Of a DNA stretch of 64,000 nucleotides, positions 54,570 to 62,951 are shown piece by piece. The stretch covers positions 206,304-270,303 of the forward strand of contig PCTW01000038.1 in assembly GCA_002786715.1 (NCBI GenBank), written 5' to 3'. The notes under the pieces are model-generated. The model saw nothing but the letters and a program-made list of their open reading frames with translations, was not told where the DNA came from and searched no databases. A program made the position numbers and the translations under genes. The stretch comes from Bdellovibrio sp. CG22_combo_CG10-13_8_21_14_all_39_27 (GTDB taxonomy: Bacteria; Bdellovibrionota; Bacteriovoracia; Bacteriovoracales; Bacteriovoracaceae). Every line of letters begins with the position of its first letter. Position 1 is the first letter of the stretch.

Positions 54570-55651
54570 GTTTTCTTCCTGGCTTTAATTTTGAACAACG
54601 ACTTTTTTTTCCTCAACAACCAGTAAATAATCTAATCTCTGAAGAGTTTGATTATTTAATCTTATTGCTAGAGTATGAGGCTCTTGCAACGGATCGAGTT
54701 TTTGATCAAGACTATTTATCTTATTTAAAAAAGATTAAAGAGGACGATGTTATCATTTCTTCAAGTAAAGATGGAAGTCATTACTGGTGGGGAGAGATTA
54801 CGGATATTGAATTAAGCCAGAAAATAAATTCTAAAATTTTTTCTCATCAAGTAGCGAAAAACTTCGACCTTGTTCCTGAATCATGTCGACTCATCGAAAA
54901 TGCCTTTGATTTTAAAAATCATATTCAACAATATAAAGAATATCATCGTTGGGTGGTGAAGAGCCCTTATTCCTTCTCTGGTCTAGGCAATAAGGTCTTT
55001 GATAGTACGCATCTACCTCAACTCGAGTGGAATGAGCCGGTGCTATTAGAACCTTGGTTTAACCGAACTCTGGATATTGGAATGACATATTTAAAGCAAA
55101 GTCGATTTCAAGATTATTTTGGAGTTCAAAATTTGAACGATCCACAAGGCCGCTTCAAAGGAGCTTTGATTCAGCCTTTTATGCCAGAAGTTGAAGAACT
55201 TCATGGGAAACTGAAGCCTGCTCTTCACTATCTCTCAACACTTTCCCCTGAAAATAATTTACAGATCGATGCCTTTTACTATCTCGAAGAGGGTGAGAGA
55301 AAAATTTATCCCTTGGTTGAAATTAATTGTCGCAAAACTATGGGCTGGGTGACGTGGAGCTTGTGGAAGAAATTCGGGACTCAGAATATTGGAGTTTTCT
55401 TGATGTGGCCTACAAGCGCTTTGAAAAAGAGTGAATCGTGGAAAAGTTTTGAAAATAGTATTGGTGATCAAATGTGGACGAAAAATACAGCGAAAGGCTT
55501 TTTACCACTTTCGCCATTAGACCGAAAATTTATGACTTTCTTTTTAGTCGAATCAAATATTAAACAAGCGCAGAATCAAATAGTGGAATTATGGAACAAG
55601 CTCTCGAAGAAAGAGAGTCCACTACCGCTTGAATTTATGATTTACTTCTAA
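54566..55651 (+). CDS. ATP-grasp-like ligase of unknown specificity
   Basis: WVVKSPYSFSGLGNKVF is the Lys plus Gly-rich loop, VLLEPWF is hinge-like, and YPLVEINCRKTMG is the E-x-N Mg site. The ATG at 54566 overlaps the DUF455 TGA (ATGA). Confidence 0.5.
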   Translation: MSFLPGFNFEQRLFFPQQPVNNLISEEFDYLILLLEYEALATDRVFDQDYLSYLKKIKEDDVIISSSKDGSHYWWGEITDIELSQKINSKIFSHQVAKNFDLVPESCRLIENAFDFKNHIQQYKEYHRWVVKSPYSFSGLGNKVFDSTHLPQLEWNEPVLLEPWFNRTLDIGMTYLKQSRFQDYFGVQNLNDPQGRFKGALIQPFMPEVEELHGKLKPALHYLSTLSPENNLQIDAFYYLEEGERKIYPLVEINCRKTMGWVTWSLWKKFGTQNIGVFLMWPTSALKKSESWKSFENSIGDQMWTKNTAKGFLPLSPLDRKFMTFFLVESNIKQAQNQIVELWNKLSKKESPLPLEFMIYF

Positions 55652-56251
55652 TAATAATTCGCCAGCCTCATCAGCCGTTCTTCCCCAGGATACGATCCCA
55701 TCCTGATGACCTTTCATTACGAAGAGACCTGAAGGTTTATTATACGTTAGTTTTTGAACAGCAACGGCCATATCAATGGTTCCATAGGGAATCGAAGCGG
55801 CTGTTGAAAGATAATTGTGATTTATCATTTCATTCCAGAGATGTGTATCGTGACCATGAAAGACAGCGCTAATTTCTTGATTCGCTAAATAAATTGCAGC
55901 ATGAGTAAGGGACTCACTCGAAGGTTTCATGGGCCCTTCTGAATTAACAATATTCTTTTCAAGGTCATAACTGTGAACGAGCGTGTATTCATTTGCAGTG
56001 AGAACGGGAAGGTGACCAGTTTGTGTTCCAGTGATTAAGAACTCTGGTTGATCGTTTCTTCCAAATCTCTTTATCAAAAGGGAGAGGTTACCATATCCGA
56101 TATGATCACTCTTATATTCACCGATTAATTCGATGGCGTAGAGCTTTTTACGCCAATTCTCGAGTGAATTGATCGTGTTAATGTCCACCTTAAGCGGCAT
56201 TTCTTGATTGTTTAGTGTGAATTTAATGACCCCATCATCAATAATTGTCAT
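55622..56251 (-). CDS. Class II aldolase/adducin-family protein
   Basis: SESLTHAAIYLANQEISAVFHGHDTHLW and GHQDGIVSWGRTADEAGELL fit the class II aldolase metal-His and C-terminal motifs. Confidence 0.62.
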   Translation of the reverse strand: MTIIDDGVIKFTLNNQEMPLKVDINTINSLENWRKKLYAIELIGEYKSDHIGYGNLSLLIKRFGRNDQPEFLITGTQTGHLPVLTANEYTLVHSYDLEKNIVNSEGPMKPSSESLTHAAIYLANQEISAVFHGHDTHLWNEMINHNYLSTAASIPYGTIDMAVAVQKLTYNKPSGLFVMKGHQDGIVSWGRTADEAGELLLEVNHKFKR

Positions 56252-56356
56252 AAAATTAAAGCCTCGATCTGAATTTTCGATAAGTTATCTACAAGAATTT
56301 AAAATTCATGTACGATAGAAATTATAGACTAAAACACTGGAAGTAAAATAGTCGCC

Positions 56357-57547
56357 ATGAGTAAGTTGGATGAACTAAAAGAAAAGTTTGAAGAAGTCAT
56401 CGAAAGTTTGAAATCCAAACTGAAGCGCGGTGGCAAATCTAAAGACGAAGATGAAGACGATGAAGACGAGGAAGTCGACACTGAGGAAAGTACCAGTGAA
56501 GTCGACATAGATGAAATTACAGAGAAAGCTTCTAAGAAAGTAAAAGCTGATGCTGACGACGAAGATGATGAAGACGAAGAAGATGACGATGACGATAAGA
56601 CAGATCCTAAAAAAGTAGCACCGACCGACAAAGAAAAGAAAAAACAATTAATGATAAGAGTTGGATTGGGAATTGTTATTCTCTATCTTGCAGCTGATCA
56701 ATTTTTATTAACTGAATCAACAGATGAGTTACCGGTAGTTCAGGAGATAAAACCCAAAAGACCTAAAAGAAAGAAAAAACCAAAGACCGAGACAGCAGCT
56801 CCGAATGCAGAAGCAACGACGCCTGATGCTCAGGCGGTTCCAGCTGAGAATACTGCAAGTGCTGAGCAGCCTGCAGTTGATATTCCACCAGAGACTCCTG
56901 CTGAGGTGATGAAAACTCCTGAAGAGACTGTGCAGCCAGTTGTTGTAGAAACACCAAAAGAACCGACTCCTACACCAGTAGTTGAGCAGGCACCCGAGAT
57001 TGTTGAACCACCATCGATGGGAGTTGAAGAAACTCCAGCCATAGTTGAGACAGCCCCTGAAGTAACAGCTGAGCCAACTCCAGCAGAGACAACCATTCTT
57101 GATGACCCAGCTCCAGAGACGACACCAACGGTAGAAACCACCACTGGTCAACAAGATGAAATGAGTAAAGAGATTGATACTTTGGTAGATAATGTTGAAG
57201 AACCAAAGAAAGACCCAGTTGATAAGATGAATAAAATGTTGGATAGCAAAGCTGACTTCATTGCTCCTCCTAACTATGAAAGAACTGGAAGAGGATTGGT
57301 TTACAACTGCACAGGAAAACATTGGGCTTGCGTAGATAAGCTAAGTTATTTTCAATGTCGTGGGAATGAAGTATGGAGTAAGCAAAATAAGAAAAATCCA
57401 GAATGTGTTATTAAAAACGTTTATGCCTCTGATAAAGACTGTGAAGCGATACAAGGTTATTACGTTAAATTCAATGAGCCGACGGGATTTTGTACAGATG
57501 CAACTCCAACGAAAACTCAAGTCGAAGAAACAGATCTCAATATGTAA
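56357..57547 (+). CDS. Single-pass membrane protein: acidic D/E-rich N-terminus, one TM helix, a Pro/Thr/Glu/Val-rich spacer and a Cys-containing C-terminal domain
   Basis: DEDEDDEDEE.. and DDEDDEDEEDDDDD tracts. The TM helix is LMIRVGLGIVILYLAADQFLL and the PT-rich region is PEETVQPVVVETPKEPTPTPVVEQAPE. The C-terminal ~100 aa contain 8 Cys. Confidence 0.55.
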   Translation: MSKLDELKEKFEEVIESLKSKLKRGGKSKDEDEDDEDEEVDTEESTSEVDIDEITEKASKKVKADADDEDDEDEEDDDDDKTDPKKVAPTDKEKKKQLMIRVGLGIVILYLAADQFLLTESTDELPVVQEIKPKRPKRKKKPKTETAAPNAEATTPDAQAVPAENTASAEQPAVDIPPETPAEVMKTPEETVQPVVVETPKEPTPTPVVEQAPEIVEPPSMGVEETPAIVETAPEVTAEPTPAETTILDDPAPETTPTVETTTGQQDEMSKEIDTLVDNVEEPKKDPVDKMNKMLDSKADFIAPPNYERTGRGLVYNCTGKHWACVDKLSYFQCRGNEVWSKQNKKNPECVIKNVYASDKDCEAIQGYYVKFNEPTGFCTDATPTKTQVEETDLNM

Positions 57548-57555
57548 TTATTTTT

Positions 57556-58314
57556 TTAAGCGGCGTCTTTATTGAACTCACCTTCAATAATAGTGAGTTT
57601 GAAAGTTCCTTCTTTTTTGGCTTCTTCTCTAGCCATCGCAGCACAGAAGTGTTCAACCAATTGAGGATCAAATTGTGAGCCTGAAAACTCCTTGAGTTCG
57701 CTGAAAGCAACTTCATAAGCGAGACCTTTTCTGTAAGGGCGCGTAGAAGTCATGGCATCAAAGGTATCAGCAATAAGAATAATTCTTGAGAAAAGGGGAA
57801 TTTCTTCTCCTTTGAGTGAGTCCGGATACCCACGGCCATCGTATCTCTCATGATGGTGTTTGGCATATTTGGCAACGAGTTCAAAGGGCTCGAAGCCTTC
57901 AAGAATTTCAGCAGACTTTGAAGGGTGAGCTTTCATTTCTAAGAACTCTTCTTCTGTCAGGCGCGCTGGCTTTAAAAGAACTTTATCAGGTACACCAATT
58001 TTTCCAATATCGTGAAAAAGGGCGGCGAGTTCTAAGTCATAGAGTTCATCACCACTAAGTTCCAATTCTTTACCAAGGACGAGAGCATAATAGGTTACTC
58101 TCATGCTATGACCAAAAGTATAATGGTCCTTACAATCTAGGGCGTGAAGAATCGCTCTTACTGCCATTTCACAGAAATCTTTTTGCTTGCGTTTAAGGTC
58201 TTGAACTTCGCGAGATAGGTTCATGAGCGCAACATTAGTTACGATTTCAGTCATAGAAATGACATTGTCATTTGAATACTCTTCGCCTTTTTTTAATGCT
58301 GCTTTCGTTGCCAT
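57556..58314 (-). CDS. HD-GYP domain phosphodiesterase (cyclic-di-GMP type)
   Basis: Motifs HSMRV, LFHDIGKIGVPD and HHERYDGRGYP. Confidence 0.85.
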   Translation of the reverse strand: MATKAALKKGEEYSNDNVISMTEIVTNVALMNLSREVQDLKRKQKDFCEMAVRAILHALDCKDHYTFGHSMRVTYYALVLGKELELSGDELYDLELAALFHDIGKIGVPDKVLLKPARLTEEEFLEMKAHPSKSAEILEGFEPFELVAKYAKHHHERYDGRGYPDSLKGEEIPLFSRIILIADTFDAMTSTRPYRKGLAYEVAFSELKEFSGSQFDPQLVEHFCAAMAREEAKKEGTFKLTIIEGEFNKDAA

Positions 58315-58586
58315 AATCTGCCTTTTCTAACACTTAGTGTAATTCTAACTGAACCTCTCAGGTTTTTCGGAATCTAGATCAGTAAACTTGAGCTAAAGCT
58401 CATGAAATTCGAGTTATTTCAGCTAGCTGCCATAATTTCGACAATTTAAAGTGATGCCCAGAAATAGGGGCAGAATGAAAAAAATCATCGTTGTTTTAAT
58501 GGGTTAGCGCTCATCTGGGCTAGCCCCTCAAGAGTGAACATGTTAGTCTTTTATCTACATTTTGACTTAGCTAAAGGATTGGCTTC

Positions 58587-59753
58587 ATGGATCAGATGGC
58601 CGTCTTATATCACGGTAAACGGATCAAGGCGTATATTTCAACTCTCGAAAAGGATTTCAGTAATGAGGTCAATGTCGAGTGGGTTAACCTATCAAGTAAA
58701 GAAGATATTCTCCATTGGCTATCACAGAACACCATCCGATTTTCAGCAATTATCGTCGAATATTTTGGCGAGGAAATTGATACTTCATTACCTGCGATGA
58801 GAACTCCTATTTTGCTCGCTGCTAATTTTCAAGAATTGGGAGATGACGAATGGGGGCTTCGACAAATCTGTTCTAAAAGTAAAAAACTTCATGGAGTCAT
58901 TGATACTGCGAGAGATATCCAATTCTTCTATCCATTGATCAGAAGTTCTATTCAACTAGGTAGAACATTATTAGAAATGGCGAATCTCTCTGAGACGGGA
59001 ATGAAAATGTCTCACATCATGTCGATGGCGTTAGGCGAACTTACTCGAGTTAAAAAACTTCACGAAAGATTAGTTCCTCTTCGCAATGAAACTTTTAAAG
59101 GACTTAAAGTCTTTTCAAAATTTGCGGCGGGAGAGAGTTCGGGAGGAGAGTTCTTTGATATTTTTACCACAGATCAAAAAATTAATATTCTTCTCTCTAG
59201 TGCAACTTCTTATGTTGCTTCTAGTGTGATCCTTTCGCATTTCGAAAATTTACGAAAAATAGTAAACATAGATAGATCTGTGCTCGAAACCTTTCTGGAA
59301 GAATTGACCTGTGAACTGCGAGATCTCGAATTGATTGATCGCGATAGACCGGAAATGCTTGAACTCGCCATTGCCCAAATTGATTTAAGAACCATGGTGT
59401 GTTCTGGATTTTTCTTTGGACGCCAAGAAATTATGACAACTAAAGAAATTGCTGTTGCGGCCAACCAATACCCCTTGAATGAAAACTTTTTTGAGACGGC
59501 CTATCAAGAGTTTAAGTTAAAGCGAAATGAAAAATATCTGGTTTATTCACCTGGAGTTAAAAAGAATACCAATGGAATGATTAACAATCTCACTTATCGT
59601 GAATTCTTAAAGTCTCAAGACGATAAATCCAGTAAAGAAATATTAAACGAAGCCTTTTTTCAATTGAAGAAAAACTCGGCCAAAGACTTTTTAAAATATG
59701 ACGCCACCGTCATTTGTTTAGAGGTAGATCCCAATGCCATTGTACAAGTTTAG
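58587..59753 (+). CDS. PP2C/SpoIIE-family phosphatase with an N-terminal degenerate receiver-like domain
   Basis: GESSGGEFFDIF resembles the SpoIIE SGDFYD motif. The N-terminal ~120 aa are CheY-like in pattern, but AIIVEYFG has Glu where the phospho-Asp is expected. Confidence 0.6.
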   Translation: MDQMAVLYHGKRIKAYISTLEKDFSNEVNVEWVNLSSKEDILHWLSQNTIRFSAIIVEYFGEEIDTSLPAMRTPILLAANFQELGDDEWGLRQICSKSKKLHGVIDTARDIQFFYPLIRSSIQLGRTLLEMANLSETGMKMSHIMSMALGELTRVKKLHERLVPLRNETFKGLKVFSKFAAGESSGGEFFDIFTTDQKINILLSSATSYVASSVILSHFENLRKIVNIDRSVLETFLEELTCELRDLELIDRDRPEMLELAIAQIDLRTMVCSGFFFGRQEIMTTKEIAVAANQYPLNENFFETAYQEFKLKRNEKYLVYSPGVKKNTNGMINNLTYREFLKSQDDKSSKEILNEAFFQLKKNSAKDFLKYDATVICLEVDPNAIVQV

Positions 59754-60363
59754 TATCTTAGCCTTATCATTACTTTTTTCCATCTCAAGCTGGGCTTTTG
59801 ACGACAATGCTTGTCTGCAAAACTCATTTGATGTGGTGGTCTCTCATAAAGCTCCACCTTTGGGGTTGTCCAAAAACGTACTGACCATTAAAAAAGATGG
59901 ATGTGTTCTCAATATTGAACACACGAAATGGTATTTCATGAAGAAAGCTTGGTTGATTGATGTTTGTCGCGAGCCGGTTCACATCAAACGAAATAGTACT
60001 TCGGTCGAAGTCTTAAAGCGTGCCTATGCTTGTTCAAGCGAAGATCAAAGTGATTTCTGTAAAGACTATTACTTAATGAGAGAGCTGCTTCAAGACGATG
60101 GACTGATCTTTGCTGAAGGTGAAAAAGAAAATTTGAACTCTGATCATGGCAAAGTTTATTGCGCTTACGTTCTTCTCGATGCCCATCTTCAAAAGGGTAT
60201 GGTTTTAAGCCGCGATCAAGTTTATGAAGGCGTGATTGTTCCTTTGACAGGGAAAATGTCAGCTCCTTCAAGCTCTTCAACTACTGAGAAAGAAGAAGTA
60301 ATAGAGGATTCAGCACGTCCTCTTGAGCCAACTAAGAATGATCCTTCGACGGGAACGTTTTAG
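59734..60363 (+). CDS. Secreted Cys-containing protein with a Ser/Thr/Glu-rich tail
   Basis: Signal peptide ...FSISSWA and 8 Cys. It overlaps the upstream gene by 20 nt. Confidence 0.45.
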   Translation: MPLYKFSILALSLLFSISSWAFDDNACLQNSFDVVVSHKAPPLGLSKNVLTIKKDGCVLNIEHTKWYFMKKAWLIDVCREPVHIKRNSTSVEVLKRAYACSSEDQSDFCKDYYLMRELLQDDGLIFAEGEKENLNSDHGKVYCAYVLLDAHLQKGMVLSRDQVYEGVIVPLTGKMSAPSSSSTTEKEEVIEDSARPLEPTKNDPSTGTF

Positions 60364-61544
60364 CTTTTAGATTTCTTAAACGCTCGATCAAGATCAGCCA
60401 AAAGATCATCAATATCTTCAATACCAACTGATAAGCGAATTAAGTTGTCGTGAATGCCCAATTCTTCGCGAATTTTCTTAGGAACTGAAGCGTGAGTCAT
60501 GATCGCTGGATGCTCAATTAAAGACTCTACTCCTCCTAAGCTTTCGGCCAGTGCGAATAATTCAACAGACTCCAAAAACTTGCGAGAAGCTTTCAATCCA
60601 CCTTTGATAAAGAAAGTGATCATGCCGCCGTAACCAGACATCTGCTTTTTCGCAATCTTATGTTGAGGATGGGTAGTGAGACCAGGATAAACCACAGACT
60701 CAACTTGAGGATGCTTTTCAAGATATTGAGCAACGATCATGGCGTTCTTGGCATGGGCTTCCATACGAAGAGCTAATGTTTTCACTCCTCGGAGTACCAG
60801 CCAACTGTCAAATGGTGACATGCAAGGACCGATTGAGTTTTGTAGACGGAAAAACTCTTTTGAAAGTTTCTCATCGTTGGTCATCAAAGCACCGCCAACC
60901 ACATCAGAATGGCCATTGATATATTTTGTCATCGAGTGGAGAACAATGGTTGCTCCAAGCTCGAGAGGCTTTTGGAAATAAGGACTCATGAAAGTGTTAT
61001 CAACAGCGACTATCGCTTTCGCTTTCGTCGCAAGCTTGCAGATGGCTTCAATATCAGAAATTTTAAGCATTGGATTGGTTGGACTCTCGAGCCAAACCAA
61101 AGCTGGCTTATGTTTCTTGATGGCAGCTTCTACTGCCTTGACGTTTGTTGTGTCGATAAAATGAAACTTATGAAGAGAGCTAAAAACGGTTGTGAAAAGT
61201 CTATAAGTCCCACCATAAACATCATCACCACAAAGAATCGTTGAGCCTGGTTTAAGCGTGTGCATGATCAGCATTTCAGCAGATAGTCCGCTGGCCGTGA
61301 CATGACAATGTTTGGCATTTTCGAGGGCGGCGAGACATTGTTCAAGCCTCGTTCTGGTGGGATTGTGAGAGCGGGTATACTCATAACCTTTATGGATACC
61401 TGGTGAAGATTGCACATAAGTTGAGGTTTGATAAATCGGAGGCATGATCGCACCGGTTGTTGGATCTGGTTCTCCTCCAACGTGCAAAGCTTTAGTTGAA
61501 AAGGCATGATCATTTTTTTTCGTTTTCGTCGTTTTTTTCGTCAT
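60360..61544 (-). CDS. Cystathionine gamma-lyase/beta-lyase family PLP enzyme (Cys/Met metabolism)
   Basis: HSMTKYINGHSDVVGG is the PLP-Lys motif. AESLGGVESL is present; 394 aa. Confidence 0.85.
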   Translation of the reverse strand: MTKKTTKTKKNDHAFSTKALHVGGEPDPTTGAIMPPIYQTSTYVQSSPGIHKGYEYTRSHNPTRTRLEQCLAALENAKHCHVTASGLSAEMLIMHTLKPGSTILCGDDVYGGTYRLFTTVFSSLHKFHFIDTTNVKAVEAAIKKHKPALVWLESPTNPMLKISDIEAICKLATKAKAIVAVDNTFMSPYFQKPLELGATIVLHSMTKYINGHSDVVGGALMTNDEKLSKEFFRLQNSIGPCMSPFDSWLVLRGVKTLALRMEAHAKNAMIVAQYLEKHPQVESVVYPGLTTHPQHKIAKKQMSGYGGMITFFIKGGLKASRKFLESVELFALAESLGGVESLIEHPAIMTHASVPKKIREELGIHDNLIRLSVGIEDIDDLLADLDRAFKKSKS

Positions 61545-61555
61545 ATTAAATCTCT

Positions 61556-62938
61556 TTATGAATTTTGAGTTACTGATACATATTGAAGAACATCAATATC
61601 GGTCAAGATATCGACAATCTTCTCACCTTGAGTAACGAGGGCCACTTCTTTTTTCAGAAGGCCGTCGGCAACACTAGAGAGAAGATCATTGGCATCGACA
61701 ATTCTGAACTGAGGATTAATCGCCAGTGAAATATTGTCGTCTTTTTTGAATTCACCCATAACAACAGGTCTCAAAAGATTCTTTTCAGAAACAATCCCAA
61801 GAACACCATTTCTTCCAATGACAGGGATTTGTGAAACACCATTTTTTTCCATCAAGTTAATGACTTCACCAATTGTTGATGTATCTTGAACGGTAACGAC
61901 TCCGCGATTGGTCTTACCAAGAAGTTTCAAGACATCTTTGATTTGAACGTTAAATGAATGATCGAGATAACCGTTATTACTCATCCAATCGTCATTAAAG
62001 ATTTTAGAAGCATATCTGTTGCCAGAGTCGTGCAACATCACAATGATTTTTTGAGGTTTATCGAGACCTTTGGCATATTCAATAGCACCAAGAATAGCAG
62101 CACCAGAAGAGCCTCCAGCGTAAATTCCTTCTTGCTTTAAAAGTTTACGAGTCATGATAAAGCTTTCTTTATCTCCCACTGTAACCCAGTGATCAATGAC
62201 ACTGAAGTCGTAGTTTTGAGGAATAAAGTCTTCACCAATTCCTTCGAGAACATAAGATTTGGCAGGAATCATTTTTCCCGTCTTGGCATAATCGGCGAGG
62301 ATTGATCCGACTGGATCAACGGCAACGATTTTTACATGAGGCATTCTTTCTTTAAAATATTTTCCACATCCGGTAATAGTTCCACCCGTTCCAACTCCGG
62401 CAACGAAAGCATCGAAGTCTCCTTGAGTTTGGTCGTAGATCTCAGGCGCAGTCCAGTGATAATGAGTATCGCGGTTATTGAGGTTGTCGTATTGATTGAC
62501 GTAAAAAGCATTCGGAATGGTTGTCGCTAATTGCTTTGAAACTGAATAATAAGAACGTGGATCATCAGGTTCAACATTGGTAGGGCAAACTACAACTTTG
62601 GCACCAAAGGCGCGGAGGTTGTTGATTTTTTCTTGTGACTGTTTGTCGGCCAAAACGAAAATACACTTGTAACCATTAATGGCCGCCCACATGGCAAGAC
62701 CAACACCTGTATTTCCCGATGTTCCTTCAATGATTGTTCCACCTGGCTTCAGTGTTCCTTCTTTGATGGCCTGATCAAGCATATAGCTACCGATGCGATC
62801 TTTAGTCGAACCGCCCGGATTCATATATTCCATTTTGACGTAGATTTCAGATTCAACACCAGTGACAACTGAATTGAGTTTCACAATTGGCGTGTTTCCG
62901 ATTGCATCGAGTACGTTTTTTTTCGCACCTTTCATCAT
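61556..62938 (-). CDS. Cystathionine beta-synthase (CysK-fold plus a C-terminal CBS-domain pair)
   Basis: GGSTKDRIG carries the PLP-Lys and GTSGNTG is present. The C-terminal ~130 aa form a tandem CBS-like region (TVQDTSTIGEVINLMEKNGVSQIPV). Confidence 0.85.
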   Translation of the reverse strand: MMKGAKKNVLDAIGNTPIVKLNSVVTGVESEIYVKMEYMNPGGSTKDRIGSYMLDQAIKEGTLKPGGTIIEGTSGNTGVGLAMWAAINGYKCIFVLADKQSQEKINNLRAFGAKVVVCPTNVEPDDPRSYYSVSKQLATTIPNAFYVNQYDNLNNRDTHYHWTAPEIYDQTQGDFDAFVAGVGTGGTITGCGKYFKERMPHVKIVAVDPVGSILADYAKTGKMIPAKSYVLEGIGEDFIPQNYDFSVIDHWVTVGDKESFIMTRKLLKQEGIYAGGSSGAAILGAIEYAKGLDKPQKIIVMLHDSGNRYASKIFNDDWMSNNGYLDHSFNVQIKDVLKLLGKTNRGVVTVQDTSTIGEVINLMEKNGVSQIPVIGRNGVLGIVSEKNLLRPVVMGEFKKDDNISLAINPQFRIVDANDLLSSVADGLLKKEVALVTQGEKIVDILTDIDVLQYVSVTQNS

Positions 62939-62951
62939 AAAAAATCCCCTT

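Noticed and set aside
56329-57322. Several long antisense or alternate-frame ORFs (56329-56631, 56375-56647, 56729-57322, 56830-57144 and others), including a poly-Ser translation.
   Set aside because: They lie entirely within the low-complexity D/E-rich and PT-rich parts of the 56357-57547 gene. Their translations are homopolymeric or compositionally absurd, so they are open only because of codon repetition.
58475-58507. Mini-ORF MKKIIVVLMG* in the HD-GYP/SpoIIE intergenic region, resembling the start of a response regulator.
   Set aside because: Ten codons are too short to support a call. It may be a leader peptide or chance, and nothing in the sequence distinguishes these.
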